From contig CANKYV010000006.1 of NCBI GenBank assembly GCA_947487955.1, positions 1 through 62,048 of the forward strand: a stretch of 62,048 nucleotides of DNA, in the 5' to 3' direction. Positions within the stretch are counted from its first letter, which is position 1. Each line of letters starts with the position of its first letter. This DNA comes from Alphaproteobacteria bacterium. GTDB lineage: Bacteria > Pseudomonadota > Alphaproteobacteria > Paracaedibacterales > CAITNM01. The notes beneath the pieces were generated by a model. That model was not told the origin of the DNA and searched no databases. It was given only the letters and a program-made list of their open reading frames with translations. Shown here piece by piece: positions 41,958-52,181 of this stretch. A program made the position numbers and the translations under genes.

Positions 41958-42095
41958 GCTAAAAAATTATTCCTGATATGCAATATTTGCATGTCTAGTG
42001 TTATAAAAACTTATATGTTTGGTCAATACGTTAAAATTTTCAAAAGAAATTTTGATAAAGTTTTAAAAATAAATGTTATAAAGTAAGATTTGAGA

Positions 42096-42620
42096 TTATT
42101 TTTTAAACACAAAAAATGTATAGGAAAGAGTAATCTCGCTCACGCCTTTCAACAAAGGATCATCAGCAAAAGCAGGGTCCATAAAAAACTGAACAGGCAT
42201 TTCCATTTCTTCACCGGGATCAAGTTTTTGTTGCTCAAAACAAAAGCAAAATACTTTATTAAAATATTGCCCCGCAGTGTCTGGTGAAACATTATAGGTT
42301 GCCATTCCTATAATAGGCTTATCCGAGCAATTTTTAGCTTTATAAAACGCCAGTCCATTTTCCCCGATTTTTAAACGAAGAGTATGTTGTAAAGGCGTAA
42401 ATTCCCAGGGTAGATCACGATGAATATTAGCGACAAACCGAACAGTAATTTCACGATTGATAACTTTTGTTGAGGCGTCTCGGCTAATTTTAGGAGTGCC
42501 ACCAAACCCTGTTTTTTGGCAAAATATTCTATATAAAGGAACAGATGCAAAAGCCAGCGCAAGCATGGCAAAAAATCCAAAAACTAATAAAATTGCAACT
42601 GTGCGATCACGTTTTTGCAC
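42096..42620 (-). CDS. ctaG: Cytochrome c oxidase assembly protein CtaG/Cox11
   Basis: VPLYRIFCQKTGFGG and YFNKVFCFCF. Confidence 0.95.
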   Translation of the reverse strand: MQKRDRTVAILLVFGFFAMLALAFASVPLYRIFCQKTGFGGTPKISRDASTKVINREITVRFVANIHRDLPWEFTPLQHTLRLKIGENGLAFYKAKNCSDKPIIGMATYNVSPDTAGQYFNKVFCFCFEQQKLDPGEEMEMPVQFFMDPAFADDPLLKGVSEITLSYTFFVFKK

Positions 42621-44529
42621 AAACTATCCCAATAATATGATCAACAACACTTGGCTCAGCAAGAGTACTAACATCACCGATTTTTTCAAATTCAGATCTT
42701 GCAATACAGCGTAAAATTCGTCGCATAATTTTTCCTGAGCGTGTTTTTGGCAAGCCTTTAACGATATAAATCTCATCAGGACTTGCAATAGGGCCAATTT
42801 GGGAACGAATTGTATTTTTAATGATAGCTTTTAATTCCTCTAGATTATGCGTTGTATGGCTTGCGGAAATTGCAAAAACCATAATTCCTTCACCTTTAAT
42901 AGCATGTGGAAAACCCACCACTGCAGTTTCAATAATTGAGTGATCTAGCGTTGCTGCAGTTTCAATTTCAGCTGTTCCCAAACGATGACCAGAAACATTT
43001 AAGACATCATCAACACGACCGGTAAGCCAGTAATCGCCATCATCATCTCGTCTGGCTCCATCACCACTGAAATAATATCCAGGAAATTGACTAAAATATG
43101 TTTCTTCAAAGCGACCATGATCACCATAGACTGTGCGCATCTGTCCAGGCCATGAAGCCTTTAGCGCTAATCTTCCTTCTGCAGAATTATCATTAATTTC
43201 ATGGCCTTGCTCGTCTAATAAAACTGGCTGAATTCCAAAAAAAGGTTGAGTTGCTGAACTTGGTTTTAAATCATGTACCCCAGGAAGAGGTGTAATCAAA
43301 ATTCCTCCTGTTTCTGTTTGCCACCAAGTATCCACAATCGGGCACTGCGCTTTACCAACTTGATGGTAATACCATTCCCAAGCTTCTTGATTAATAGGCT
43401 CCCCTACAGATCCTAATACTCTTAAAGACTGTCGTGATGTCGTTTGTAACCACTCATCACCTGCTTGCATAAGACTACGTATTGCCGTAGGTGCTGTATA
43501 GAAAATACTAACTTTTAAATCATCTATAATTTTCCATAAACGATCTGGATTTGGATAATTTGGAACCCCTTCAAACATCACGGTTGTTGCGCCATTAGCA
43601 AGCGGACCGTAAATCACATATGAATGCCCAGTAATCCAACCAGCATCAGCTGTGCACCAATAAATATCATCATATTTACAATCAAATATCCACTGGTGCG
43701 TTAAACTTGCATAAGTTAAATAACCACCACTAGTATGTAACACTCCTTTAGGCTTACCTGTTGAACCCGACGTATAGAGAATAAACAAAGGGTCTTCAGC
43801 ATTTATAGGTTCTGGAACAACGGCTTGATTATAATTCGGTGCATATACAACATCACGACCTTCTACCATGGGAACGTTTGTACTTGTATGATTAACCACT
43901 AACACTTTTTTAACTTGAGCTACTTGTAAAAGAGCCTTATCAACATTGGCTTTTAAAGGAATCAATTTACCTCCTCGTATTCCCTCATTTGCCGTAACAA
44001 CCACTTTCGCACCACAATCTTGAATACGACCAGCTAAACTTTCTGGAGAAAATCCACCAAACACTACGGAATGAATCGCCCCAATTCTGGCACACGCTAA
44101 CATTGCATAGGCGATTTCAGGAATCATCGGCATGTAAATAATGACGCGATCACCTTTTTGCACCCCAAGATTTTGTAAAGAGAATGCCATTGCATTCACT
44201 TCTTTGAGTAATGTTGCGTAAGAAATATAGGTCGTTATTGTTCCTTGATCGTTCACCCAAATAATAGCTGTTTTATCAGGTGTGCTGTCGGCATGACGAT
44301 CAACACAATTAGCACATATATTTAAAACACCATCTTCAAACCACTTAATAGATACCGGCTTTTGAAACTGCCAATTACCAGATTTTGTTGGAAATTGCAT
44401 CCAATCTAAGCGTTTGGCCATATCTAGCCAAAAAGCATTCGGCTCCACCTCTGCCACTTGATGCAACTGCCGATAATTATTTGAATTAATTAGATAAGAT
44501 TGGCCATCGGCAGGTTTTGGATAGATCAT
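42607..44529 (-). CDS. acs: Acetyl-CoA synthetase
   Basis: YTSGSTGKPKG, VDTWWQTETG and PKTRSGKIMRR. Confidence 0.96.
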   Translation of the reverse strand: MIYPKPADGQSYLINSNNYRQLHQVAEVEPNAFWLDMAKRLDWMQFPTKSGNWQFQKPVSIKWFEDGVLNICANCVDRHADSTPDKTAIIWVNDQGTITTYISYATLLKEVNAMAFSLQNLGVQKGDRVIIYMPMIPEIAYAMLACARIGAIHSVVFGGFSPESLAGRIQDCGAKVVVTANEGIRGGKLIPLKANVDKALLQVAQVKKVLVVNHTSTNVPMVEGRDVVYAPNYNQAVVPEPINAEDPLFILYTSGSTGKPKGVLHTSGGYLTYASLTHQWIFDCKYDDIYWCTADAGWITGHSYVIYGPLANGATTVMFEGVPNYPNPDRLWKIIDDLKVSIFYTAPTAIRSLMQAGDEWLQTTSRQSLRVLGSVGEPINQEAWEWYYHQVGKAQCPIVDTWWQTETGGILITPLPGVHDLKPSSATQPFFGIQPVLLDEQGHEINDNSAEGRLALKASWPGQMRTVYGDHGRFEETYFSQFPGYYFSGDGARRDDDGDYWLTGRVDDVLNVSGHRLGTAEIETAATLDHSIIETAVVGFPHAIKGEGIMVFAISASHTTHNLEELKAIIKNTIRSQIGPIASPDEIYIVKGLPKTRSGKIMRRILRCIARSEFEKIGDVSTLAEPSVVDHIIGIVCAKT

Positions 44530-44739
44530 TTCTTAAAAATTTATGTTACTTGAAACATCCTACCCTGTGGCAACACACCTGCAAAGGCACTATCAAAAGT
44601 CATTTTTATTAAAAATTTTAAATAATATTACTAATAAATTTCAATATTATTAAATAAAAAATCATCATTAACTATATTTTAATTATACACCAATAAAATA
44701 AATCCTGAATATTTTCACACTCAAATGTAATCAAGGTCA

Positions 44740-47448
44740 ATGATGTTTAATTTTATTCATTATATACTTATATTAATTTTCATCAATTATTCTTATGCTA
44801 CACACCTTGATGAGTTTATTTTACGTAATAATGCTCCAACTGAGCAAAAAGTTGTATTACGTTTTCAATCACGACTACTCTTAAAAAGTAATGACGAGAT
44901 AGTCGCACCTTTTAGCTTGGTATTTTTAAATGAAAAAGGAGAAAAAGTATCATCAATAACTCCTTACCTAGATGAGTTTATCGAATTTCAACGCAAAAAT
45001 TTTGATGTAGAAACAGAGCAAGAAATAACACTACCTGCAGGCGCAGAACAAACAATCACCTCACCTTATTTTCTCACTCGCAATGTCAGTATTTTAAGCT
45101 CAGATAATTGGGGCTTTTTTGATTTAGATAATCTTTTCTATACTGGCTCTTTAGCTTTTCCCAAGTCTTGCCTCGAGATAATCCAGCCAAATAATTTAAA
45201 AAAAATAGAAAAATATATCAGAGATAGTTTTTCTTTCTCAAGACGAAATAACACCCCTGATCCAGAGCATGAAATCAAAAAGCCATCAAATTTAAGATGC
45301 CCCGCTCCACTCATTCGTAAAAGCTATGGAAAAACGAATGAAGAGGCTTTACTTGGAATAGATTATTTAGAAGCTCAGTCACTAGACATTCTTCACTCCG
45401 CCTCTACTGCAATTATATATTCAGAACCAGAAACACCTATTGCACCTCCTTCTTCACCTGTTGAAGAAGAGGAATTGTTTGAAGAAGAACAGCTTGGATA
45501 CGACTATTGCGATACCCCTCTCATTCGTAAAAACTATAGAAAAATCAATAGTAAAGAAGAAGAATTATTTGCAGAAACAAACCTTGAGTATTATTACTGC
45601 AACAATACTCTGATTCGTAGAAATTATAGAAAAACCAACGAAAAAGCTTTACGAGGCATTGATTACTTGGAAGCTCAGTCACTAGACATTCTTCACTCCG
45701 CCTCCATTACAATTTCTACAACTCCTTCAGAGTTAGTAACATTTAAAAAAACTCATCGTATGTGGATTACATCTTCTGATTCACCTGTTGAGCCACCAGA
45801 AGAGCAGCTTGAACATTACATCAACTCAGTAGCAAGGCTTAACCTTGGTGATGGCTGGACTCACAAATTCTGGTGTTGGGATAAACTGTCCTTACCAAGA
45901 ACGTGTAAAATTCTAGAAGGCTCTGGACAAAATATTGAAATTGTTGAATTTCGCCATCCTAATATCTTAGAAAAGATTATAGCAAAACACTTTGTTTTTG
46001 CTGCCATTGATCATGGATTATTTACTGTTGCCGGAAATATCTTACGAAATAATGTGATATTAGATGAAGGAGGTTTTTACAGTGATATTGGCGCACAAAT
46101 CAAACGTGACCCATCTCCTTTATTAAAGAATAGTGATATCATCGCCCATCATAGAATCGGCAGGGTAGATCGCAGAGCCTGGTGGATTGATCATGATTTC
46201 ATGGCAGCAAAAGCTGGAAATCCAATTATTAAAGAATTTCTTAATAGAGTTAATACCCTGCATGAACTAGCTAGTAATCCTGAAATTGTTGAGTTTTTTA
46301 GAGACCCCAAACTAGCGCATTCTTGGACTAATGCGCGACTTTTAACAGAAGTCTTTACTTTTTTTAGTGAACCGAATGCCATAAAAACCTTAATTCTACC
46401 AAACGACGAGAGTATTATTGCAGCTCATCATCAAACATCTTGGTACGGTGGCGACGGGAAAAGCTGTAAAGACATAGACAAAACAACAATGAGCTGGTTT
46501 AAAGTTACCCCTAATTATCAATCAGTACGTGATTCTTTAATAGAAGATGGTTTTGATTTAGCGCGTTACAGAGAACATTTTGCTCCAACTCTTAGCAACC
46601 CTGGTGAATTAACCCATCACTTCCTTACCCAACAAAAATTAGGCATCATACCTTTTATTGCTTCAGAAGAGCGCCCGCTGCCCTTAACCGTTACACTGAC
46701 CTCATGGCAAGGAAAAATTCGTGAAGCACATATTGCTATTTTGTCGTTGTTTAGCCAGACTCTTAAACCAAATAAAATTGTATTATGGTTAGCCGATGAA
46801 GAGTTTTCAGACAGGAAAGTACCATCAACTATTTCACATCTTCTACCCAGAGGTCTTGAAATTAAATGGTGTGAAAACATCAGATCTGCAAAAAAGCTTA
46901 TTCCATCATTACGTGATTCAGAATTGAACCAAACAATCTTAGTAACAGCAGATGATGATGTTAAATATCAACCTAATTGGCTTGAAGATTTATATCTTGA
47001 GCATTGCAAACATCCAACGGCTATCATCGCACACCGTGCTCGCGCAATGAAATTTAATGAAGATTCAATGCCTACAAATTATAATTCATGGCGTTTGCAA
47101 ATAGACCCTAGCACAGCTGAAAGCAAAATACTTTTTCCAACCGGCAGTGGAGGTATTCTTTTCCCTCCAGGTTCATTACATTCAGAGGCCTCAAACGCTG
47201 CTCAATTTATGAAATTGTGCCAAACTGGAGATGATATATTCTGGTTTGCCATGGCTGTATTACAAGGCACAAAGATTCGGATACCGCCTTCCCCGCAAAC
47301 GACTCTTTGCGACCTTAATGATACCAAAGCAGAGGAATTGTCTCTATGGACAACAAATAAAACCGGAAAAAATGATGAGATGATTAAATCAGTATTCACA
47401 GAATACGGTATTTACGATCTTTTAAAAAGAAATCTTGGAAGGTGCTAA
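44740..47448 (+). CDS. Large secreted protein with two glycosyltransferase-like domains and internal repeats
   Basis: Signal peptide. First domain: HRMW...LR...EGGFYSD (GT32/GT44-like). Second domain: LTSW..., LVTADDDVKY, FPTGSGGILFPPG and DDIFW. Confidence 0.72.
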   Translation: MMFNFIHYILILIFINYSYATHLDEFILRNNAPTEQKVVLRFQSRLLLKSNDEIVAPFSLVFLNEKGEKVSSITPYLDEFIEFQRKNFDVETEQEITLPAGAEQTITSPYFLTRNVSILSSDNWGFFDLDNLFYTGSLAFPKSCLEIIQPNNLKKIEKYIRDSFSFSRRNNTPDPEHEIKKPSNLRCPAPLIRKSYGKTNEEALLGIDYLEAQSLDILHSASTAIIYSEPETPIAPPSSPVEEEELFEEEQLGYDYCDTPLIRKNYRKINSKEEELFAETNLEYYYCNNTLIRRNYRKTNEKALRGIDYLEAQSLDILHSASITISTTPSELVTFKKTHRMWITSSDSPVEPPEEQLEHYINSVARLNLGDGWTHKFWCWDKLSLPRTCKILEGSGQNIEIVEFRHPNILEKIIAKHFVFAAIDHGLFTVAGNILRNNVILDEGGFYSDIGAQIKRDPSPLLKNSDIIAHHRIGRVDRRAWWIDHDFMAAKAGNPIIKEFLNRVNTLHELASNPEIVEFFRDPKLAHSWTNARLLTEVFTFFSEPNAIKTLILPNDESIIAAHHQTSWYGGDGKSCKDIDKTTMSWFKVTPNYQSVRDSLIEDGFDLARYREHFAPTLSNPGELTHHFLTQQKLGIIPFIASEERPLPLTVTLTSWQGKIREAHIAILSLFSQTLKPNKIVLWLADEEFSDRKVPSTISHLLPRGLEIKWCENIRSAKKLIPSLRDSELNQTILVTADDDVKYQPNWLEDLYLEHCKHPTAIIAHRARAMKFNEDSMPTNYNSWRLQIDPSTAESKILFPTGSGGILFPPGSLHSEASNAAQFMKLCQTGDDIFWFAMAVLQGTKIRIPPSPQTTLCDLNDTKAEELSLWTTNKTGKNDEMIKSVFTEYGIYDLLKRNLGRC
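45310..45704 (+). repeat. Intragenic direct repeats (about 95-bp units 300 bp apart, plus a 90-bp-period repeat)
   Basis: GAAGCTCAGTCACTAGACATTCTTCACTCCGCCTC is identical at 45370 and 45670. EEELF...C..LIR.NYRK occurs twice. Confidence 0.9.
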
Positions 47449-47472
47449 CTTTATAACAGCTTCTCTCTTTAC

Positions 47473-48345
47473 TTATGCTCTAAGCACTCCTCGCTTCTTG
47501 ACATAACTTTTTTTACCACCTTTTCCGGTATCTTTTTGAAGCTTACTTAAAAGATAAGATTCGTCTTCATCTTCTTCATCATTTTCTTCCTCTTCTTCAG
47601 AGTCTTTGCTTTCTTCATCATCAGTTGATTGATATATTTTTTCTAAATCACGAGTTTCTTTTTGTTTCAAAGGCTTTAATAAAAAACTTTTATCAGCCTC
47701 AGACTCTTCTGTTTTAGGAGAAAAAACCACATCTCTATCAACAGGATTTTTTTCTAATACCTCTGTTTCCAGTTCTGCAGTATTGAAATTTTCAGAACTG
47801 CCTTCTGAAAAAGGTGAACGCCAATCCTGTTCTGTTGGCTCTTTAATTTCTTCAAGAGAAGCACTTAATTCTTTAGCGGTAGCACTTGAATTATGTTGCT
47901 CTGGCATAGGCTCGCCTTTATCATTCTCAATAGCCAATGAAGTAGCAACACCAACACTAGACGAAATAGTTTCTAAATTAACTCTAGAAGAAACACTTTC
48001 TACGTCAGCACTTGTCTTCAAAAATTCAGGCATTGGCACAGAATCTTTTTCATATACTGAGAGTAAATTCACTGCAGCACCATGTTCATTTGATAGCGCT
48101 GTTGGCGTTGCTTCTAAAGATTTTTCCTTTATTTCAACTAAATGTGTTTTTTTAGAAGACTCAAATCTTTTGCACCGCCCATTGGAAGGCTGTGGAATCT
48201 CAGAACAGTACGTATGAGCATAAGGACATTTACATGCAGAACCACAAGGCTTCTCAGCATCATCCATCGCCCTAACATTCGTAACTAGCAGCGCAAATAA
48301 AATTAAAAAACTTTTATAAATCACGTTGTTTAAGATCAGATCCAA
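47473..48345 (-). CDS. Secreted acidic low-complexity hypothetical protein
   Basis: Signal-like N-terminus, Cys cluster, Glu/Asp run and basic C-terminus. Confidence 0.65.
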   Translation of the reverse strand: MDLILNNVIYKSFLILFALLVTNVRAMDDAEKPCGSACKCPYAHTYCSEIPQPSNGRCKRFESSKKTHLVEIKEKSLEATPTALSNEHGAAVNLLSVYEKDSVPMPEFLKTSADVESVSSRVNLETISSSVGVATSLAIENDKGEPMPEQHNSSATAKELSASLEEIKEPTEQDWRSPFSEGSSENFNTAELETEVLEKNPVDRDVVFSPKTEESEADKSFLLKPLKQKETRDLEKIYQSTDDEESKDSEEEEENDEEDEDESYLLSKLQKDTGKGGKKSYVKKRGVLRA

Positions 48346-48501
48346 TCTTACGTTTCTAGCATGAAATTCATAAAAAGAGAATTTTATTCAAAGAACATAA
48401 TCTTTAAAATCGACGAGCTCAATTCTCAGCATGTTAATTATCTATTAATATATTTCATTTACAATGCAAATATTGATTGATTTTACTTAAAGGATATTAT
48501 T

Positions 48502-48696
48502 ATGAAACTTTTAGTATTAGCTTTTCTATTGACTGGTTTCAGTGTTTGTACTTTACAAGCATACACTGAAAAAGAAGCACGTAAAAAATGTTCTGAAGTA
48601 GGTGGCAGTATAAAATCTGGCGATAAAGAAGGACAATGCTGGGGATATAAAAAAGGTCGATCATTGCACTATCAATCATATGATCTTCCCCGTTAA
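48502..48696 (+). CDS. Small secreted two-cysteine peptide A
   Basis: RBS AAAGGA, signal peptide ending TLQA; paralogous to the next ORF. Confidence 0.8.
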   Translation: MKLLVLAFLLTGFSVCTLQAYTEKEARKKCSEVGGSIKSGDKEGQCWGYKKGRSLHYQSYDLPR

Positions 48697-48749
48697 CACT
48701 TAAATTTATTTAATACATTTTTATAAAAAACCATAAAAAGGATATTATT

Positions 48750-48959
48750 ATGAAATTTCTAACATTAGCACTTTTATTGGCTGGTTTCAGCGTTTGCACT
48801 TTACAAGCTGCTGAGCAACAAACTCAAGCAGCTGTTGAGCAAGATGATGCAGCAGCAAAAGACAAAAAACTTAGAAAATGCGTTAGCTCAAAAGGTAGTA
48901 TAAAAAACGGGAAATGCATGAGAAAAGGTCAAGAATTGCAAGCATATTCTTACAAATAA
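48750..48959 (+). CDS. Small secreted two-cysteine peptide B
   Basis: Same AAAGGATATTATTATGAAA start context and near-identical signal peptide. Confidence 0.8.
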   Translation: MKFLTLALLLAGFSVCTLQAAEQQTQAAVEQDDAAAKDKKLRKCVSSKGSIKNGKCMRKGQELQAYSYK

Positions 48960-48966
48960 TATACAG

Positions 48967-48995
48967 AAGCCTCTCTATGAAGAGAGGCTTTCTTT
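48967..48995. terminator. Bidirectional Rho-independent terminator
   Basis: AAGCCTCTCT-ATGA-AGAGAGGCTT perfect stem between converging genes. Confidence 0.8.
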
Positions 48996-49001
48996 CTCCA
49001 A

Positions 49002-50387
49002 TTAATAATGGATTACACGTCCATACGCATCTAGCGTTGACTCATGCATCATTTCTGAAAGAGTTGGGTGTGGGAAAATAGTATGCATTAATTCTGCTTC
49101 TGTTGTTTCCAATGTTTTACCAATAGCAAAGCCATGTATTAACTCAGTAACTTCTGCACCAATCATGTGCGCACCTAATAGCTCACCTGTTTTAGCATCA
49201 AATATTGTCTTCACAAGACCTTCTGCGTCACCCAAAGCAATAGCTTTTCCATTACCACGATAAGGAAATCTACCAACTTTAAGCTGGTGGCCTTCCGCTT
49301 TAGCTTTTTCCTCAGTTAAACCAATGCTTGCAATTTGTGGATGACTATAGGTACAGCCAGGAATATTTGATTTTTTCATCGGATGCAGGCCTTTAACGCC
49401 GCATATGTACTCAACTGCCAATATACCTTCATGACTAGCTTTATGTGCAAGCCATGGAGCGCCAGCAACATCCCCAATAGCATATACGCCCTTTTCGGCC
49501 GTTTCACACCATTCATTCACTAATATTTGGCCTTTTTCTGTTTTTATTTTAGTTTTTTCTAAACCAAGATTTTCGGTATTGCCTGAAATTCCAATTGCCA
49601 CAATCACCGCATCTACTTTTAATTCTTCAATTTTTTTATCATCTTTTGAAATCACAGCACTTACATGGTCTTTAGCAGGAGTGATTTTGCTTACAGAACT
49701 TAAATGAAATTTGATTCCCTGTGTTTCAAATTGCTTTTGCGCCAAAGTAGAAATTTCCGCATCTTCATTAGGTAAGATTCGTGATTGCATCTCAACAACC
49801 GTAACATCAACGCCAAGAGTACGATAAAAACTTGCAAATTCTATCCCTATCGCACCTGAACCAATCACCAAAAGTGACTTTGGTGTAAATTCCGGAGTCA
49901 TTGCTTGCTTTGCTGTCCAAATCCGTGAGTGAGCATCAACACCAGGCAACATACGCGCTTTAGAACCGGTCGCTATAATGATATTTTTTGCTTCTATAGT
50001 TTCTTCTTTTTCGCCTTTTATTTTTAAAGTTTTAGCGTTTTCAAAACTGGCAGTTCCACTGAAAATAGTTACCTTATTTTTAGCCAATAGCCCCTTAATA
50101 CCTGTAGACAGTTGACCAGCAATTTTGCGTGACCGCTCAACCATTTTTGCAAGGTTAATCTTTACCTGGCCTACTTCAATGCCAAACTCATTCGCATGAT
50201 TAATAAGGTGCAGTACTTCAGCAGAACGCAATAGTGCTTTTGTTGGAATACATCCCCAATTTAAGCACACGCCACCAAGATGTTCTTTTTCAATAATAGC
50301 AACTTTTTTACCAAGTTGACTCGCCCTAATGGCCGCAACATACCCACCTGGGCCAGCCCCTATAATAACCACATCAAAACTTTGCAT
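49002..50387 (-). CDS. lpdA: Dihydrolipoamide dehydrogenase
   Basis: GAGPGGY, GGVCLNWGCIPTK and HPTLSE. Confidence 0.96.
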   Translation of the reverse strand: MQSFDVVIIGAGPGGYVAAIRASQLGKKVAIIEKEHLGGVCLNWGCIPTKALLRSAEVLHLINHANEFGIEVGQVKINLAKMVERSRKIAGQLSTGIKGLLAKNKVTIFSGTASFENAKTLKIKGEKEETIEAKNIIIATGSKARMLPGVDAHSRIWTAKQAMTPEFTPKSLLVIGSGAIGIEFASFYRTLGVDVTVVEMQSRILPNEDAEISTLAQKQFETQGIKFHLSSVSKITPAKDHVSAVISKDDKKIEELKVDAVIVAIGISGNTENLGLEKTKIKTEKGQILVNEWCETAEKGVYAIGDVAGAPWLAHKASHEGILAVEYICGVKGLHPMKKSNIPGCTYSHPQIASIGLTEEKAKAEGHQLKVGRFPYRGNGKAIALGDAEGLVKTIFDAKTGELLGAHMIGAEVTELIHGFAIGKTLETTEAELMHTIFPHPTLSEMMHESTLDAYGRVIHY

Positions 50388-50498
50388 ATTTTTCCCTGTA
50401 ATTTCTACATTTCACTAAGATAACTTAAGTTAAGTAATGATGCTATTTTCTTTTTGTTATGGCATAATGTAGCTGGATACGGGAAAGTTTTTAACAAA

Positions 50499-50753
50499 AT
50501 GGCAGAAATTATCATTTATACAACAAATTATTGCCCATATTGTGTTAAAGCAAAACAATTACTACACAACAAAGGTGTTACCTTTGAAGAAATTGATCTC
50601 ACCAATGATGATGCTGGCCGTATAGAATTAGTTAAAAAATCTGGCGGTCGGAAAACAGTTCCCCAGATCTTCATCAATGATCAACATATAGGCGGATGTG
50701 ATGATTTGTATGCTCTAGAAGCCAAGAAAGAGCTTGATCCTTTATTAACATGA
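50499..50753 (+). CDS. grxC: Glutaredoxin 3
   Basis: CPYC, TVPQIFI and GGCDDL. Confidence 0.95.
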   Translation: MAEIIIYTTNYCPYCVKAKQLLHNKGVTFEEIDLTNDDAGRIELVKKSGGRKTVPQIFINDQHIGGCDDLYALEAKKELDPLLT

Positions 50754-52024
50754 GCCTGTTTAAAACAAAATCGCAGAGTATACCCTCAGAAACTTTTGCT
50801 GCTCTTGATATTGGCTCAAGCAAGGTCTGCTGTGCTATTGCAAAAATGAACCGCGATATCATTCCTGAAAAAGGAGTTACTGTTAAAATTTTGGGGGTAG
50901 CTTCTCATGCAGCAAAAGGCATTCGCGGCGCTTCTATTATTAACTTAGAAGAACTTGAAGACTCAATCTTAAATGGTATTCATTCAGCAGAACAACTTGC
51001 AAAGCAAACTATTCATAACGTATACGTTAATCTTCCAGCAGAAGCACTACAATCACATTTTATTACCACAAAAATCTCTCTTTATGGACAACCAGTAAAA
51101 GAATCACACCTTCAAAAAGCTTTAGATGTCAGCAGAGATCAAAGCATTGGCATTGCTAGGAAAATTATTCATATTTTTCCAATTTCATACGATATAGATG
51201 ACAGTACTAATATTCAAGATCCAAAAGGAATGCTAGGCGACACTCTCACAACAAGGCTACATGTAATAACATCTCCATCTAACCTTATTGCAAATCTAAG
51301 CACGTGCCTTGGAAGATGCCACTTAGACGTGAATGCTTTTGTAGCAGGCCCTTATGCTGCTGCACTTGCTTGCCTGACTGAAGATGAAAAAGAAATGGGT
51401 GTGACGTTACTTGATATTGGTAGTCACAGTATTTCCATAATGAGTTTTTATAATGGCAATCCTATCTATCTGGGGTGCTTACCTATGGGCGGAAACCATA
51501 TTACTCATGATATTGCACAAGGGTTAAACACAAATCTTAGCCAAGCTGAGCGCCTTAAAACTTTATACGGCAGCTTATTTGGCGCAATTGATGATCGAGA
51601 GACAATTTTAGTGACTCAACTTGGAGATGATAATACAACTTTTGCTAATCCTGTCTCTAAAAGCTTTTTAATGCATATCATTAAAGCAAGAGCCGAAGAA
51701 ATTATTGAAGCGATTGAGCGAATGCTTACTTCACAGCCTATTGATCCAATAGCACTGCAGCGATTTGTAATTACTGGAGGATCTAGCCAATTGCAAGGCT
51801 TTCGCGATGTTATGCAGTCTCACCTTAATAAAATTGTACGTGTGGCAACACCTCAAGGATTACAAGGAATTGGTGATGTTATTCATACTCCAGCATTTTC
51901 ATTATGTGCAGGGCTTTTACAATATGCACTGCGTGATCATCAAGGATTACAAATAAACAATGCCTTAGGAAAACAAAAAAGTATTGTAATGCGAGCTTGG
52001 AACTGGGTTCGTAACCATGTATAG
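50750..52024 (+). CDS. ftsA: Cell division protein FtsA
   Basis: LDIGSSKV, GG.HITHDI, AERLK and TGGSSQL. Confidence 0.93.
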   Translation: MSLFKTKSQSIPSETFAALDIGSSKVCCAIAKMNRDIIPEKGVTVKILGVASHAAKGIRGASIINLEELEDSILNGIHSAEQLAKQTIHNVYVNLPAEALQSHFITTKISLYGQPVKESHLQKALDVSRDQSIGIARKIIHIFPISYDIDDSTNIQDPKGMLGDTLTTRLHVITSPSNLIANLSTCLGRCHLDVNAFVAGPYAAALACLTEDEKEMGVTLLDIGSHSISIMSFYNGNPIYLGCLPMGGNHITHDIAQGLNTNLSQAERLKTLYGSLFGAIDDRETILVTQLGDDNTTFANPVSKSFLMHIIKARAEEIIEAIERMLTSQPIDPIALQRFVITGGSSQLQGFRDVMQSHLNKIVRVATPQGLQGIGDVIHTPAFSLCAGLLQYALRDHQGLQINNALGKQKSIVMRAWNWVRNHV

Positions 52025-52029
52025 ATCAA

Positions 52030-52179
52030 ATGAACGATAAATCAAAAATTCAATTAGAAAAGCAAAAACGGCTTGAAAAAGCATTACGTGAAAATTTACG
52101 CAAACGCAAACTTCAGCAACGCGAAAGAGAAGATAAAAAGAGCCAAGACTCAGAACAAAAGAAGCCAGAAGAAGCGTAA
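52030..52179 (+). CDS. Small basic protein (49 aa), not in the ORF track
   Basis: MNDKSKIQLEKQKRLEKALRENLRKRKLQQR...; the RL..ALRENL..RK.Q motif resembles a small alphaproteobacterial hypothetical protein. Confidence 0.65.
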   Translation: MNDKSKIQLEKQKRLEKALRENLRKRKLQQREREDKKSQDSEQKKPEEA

Positions 52180-52181
52180 AT

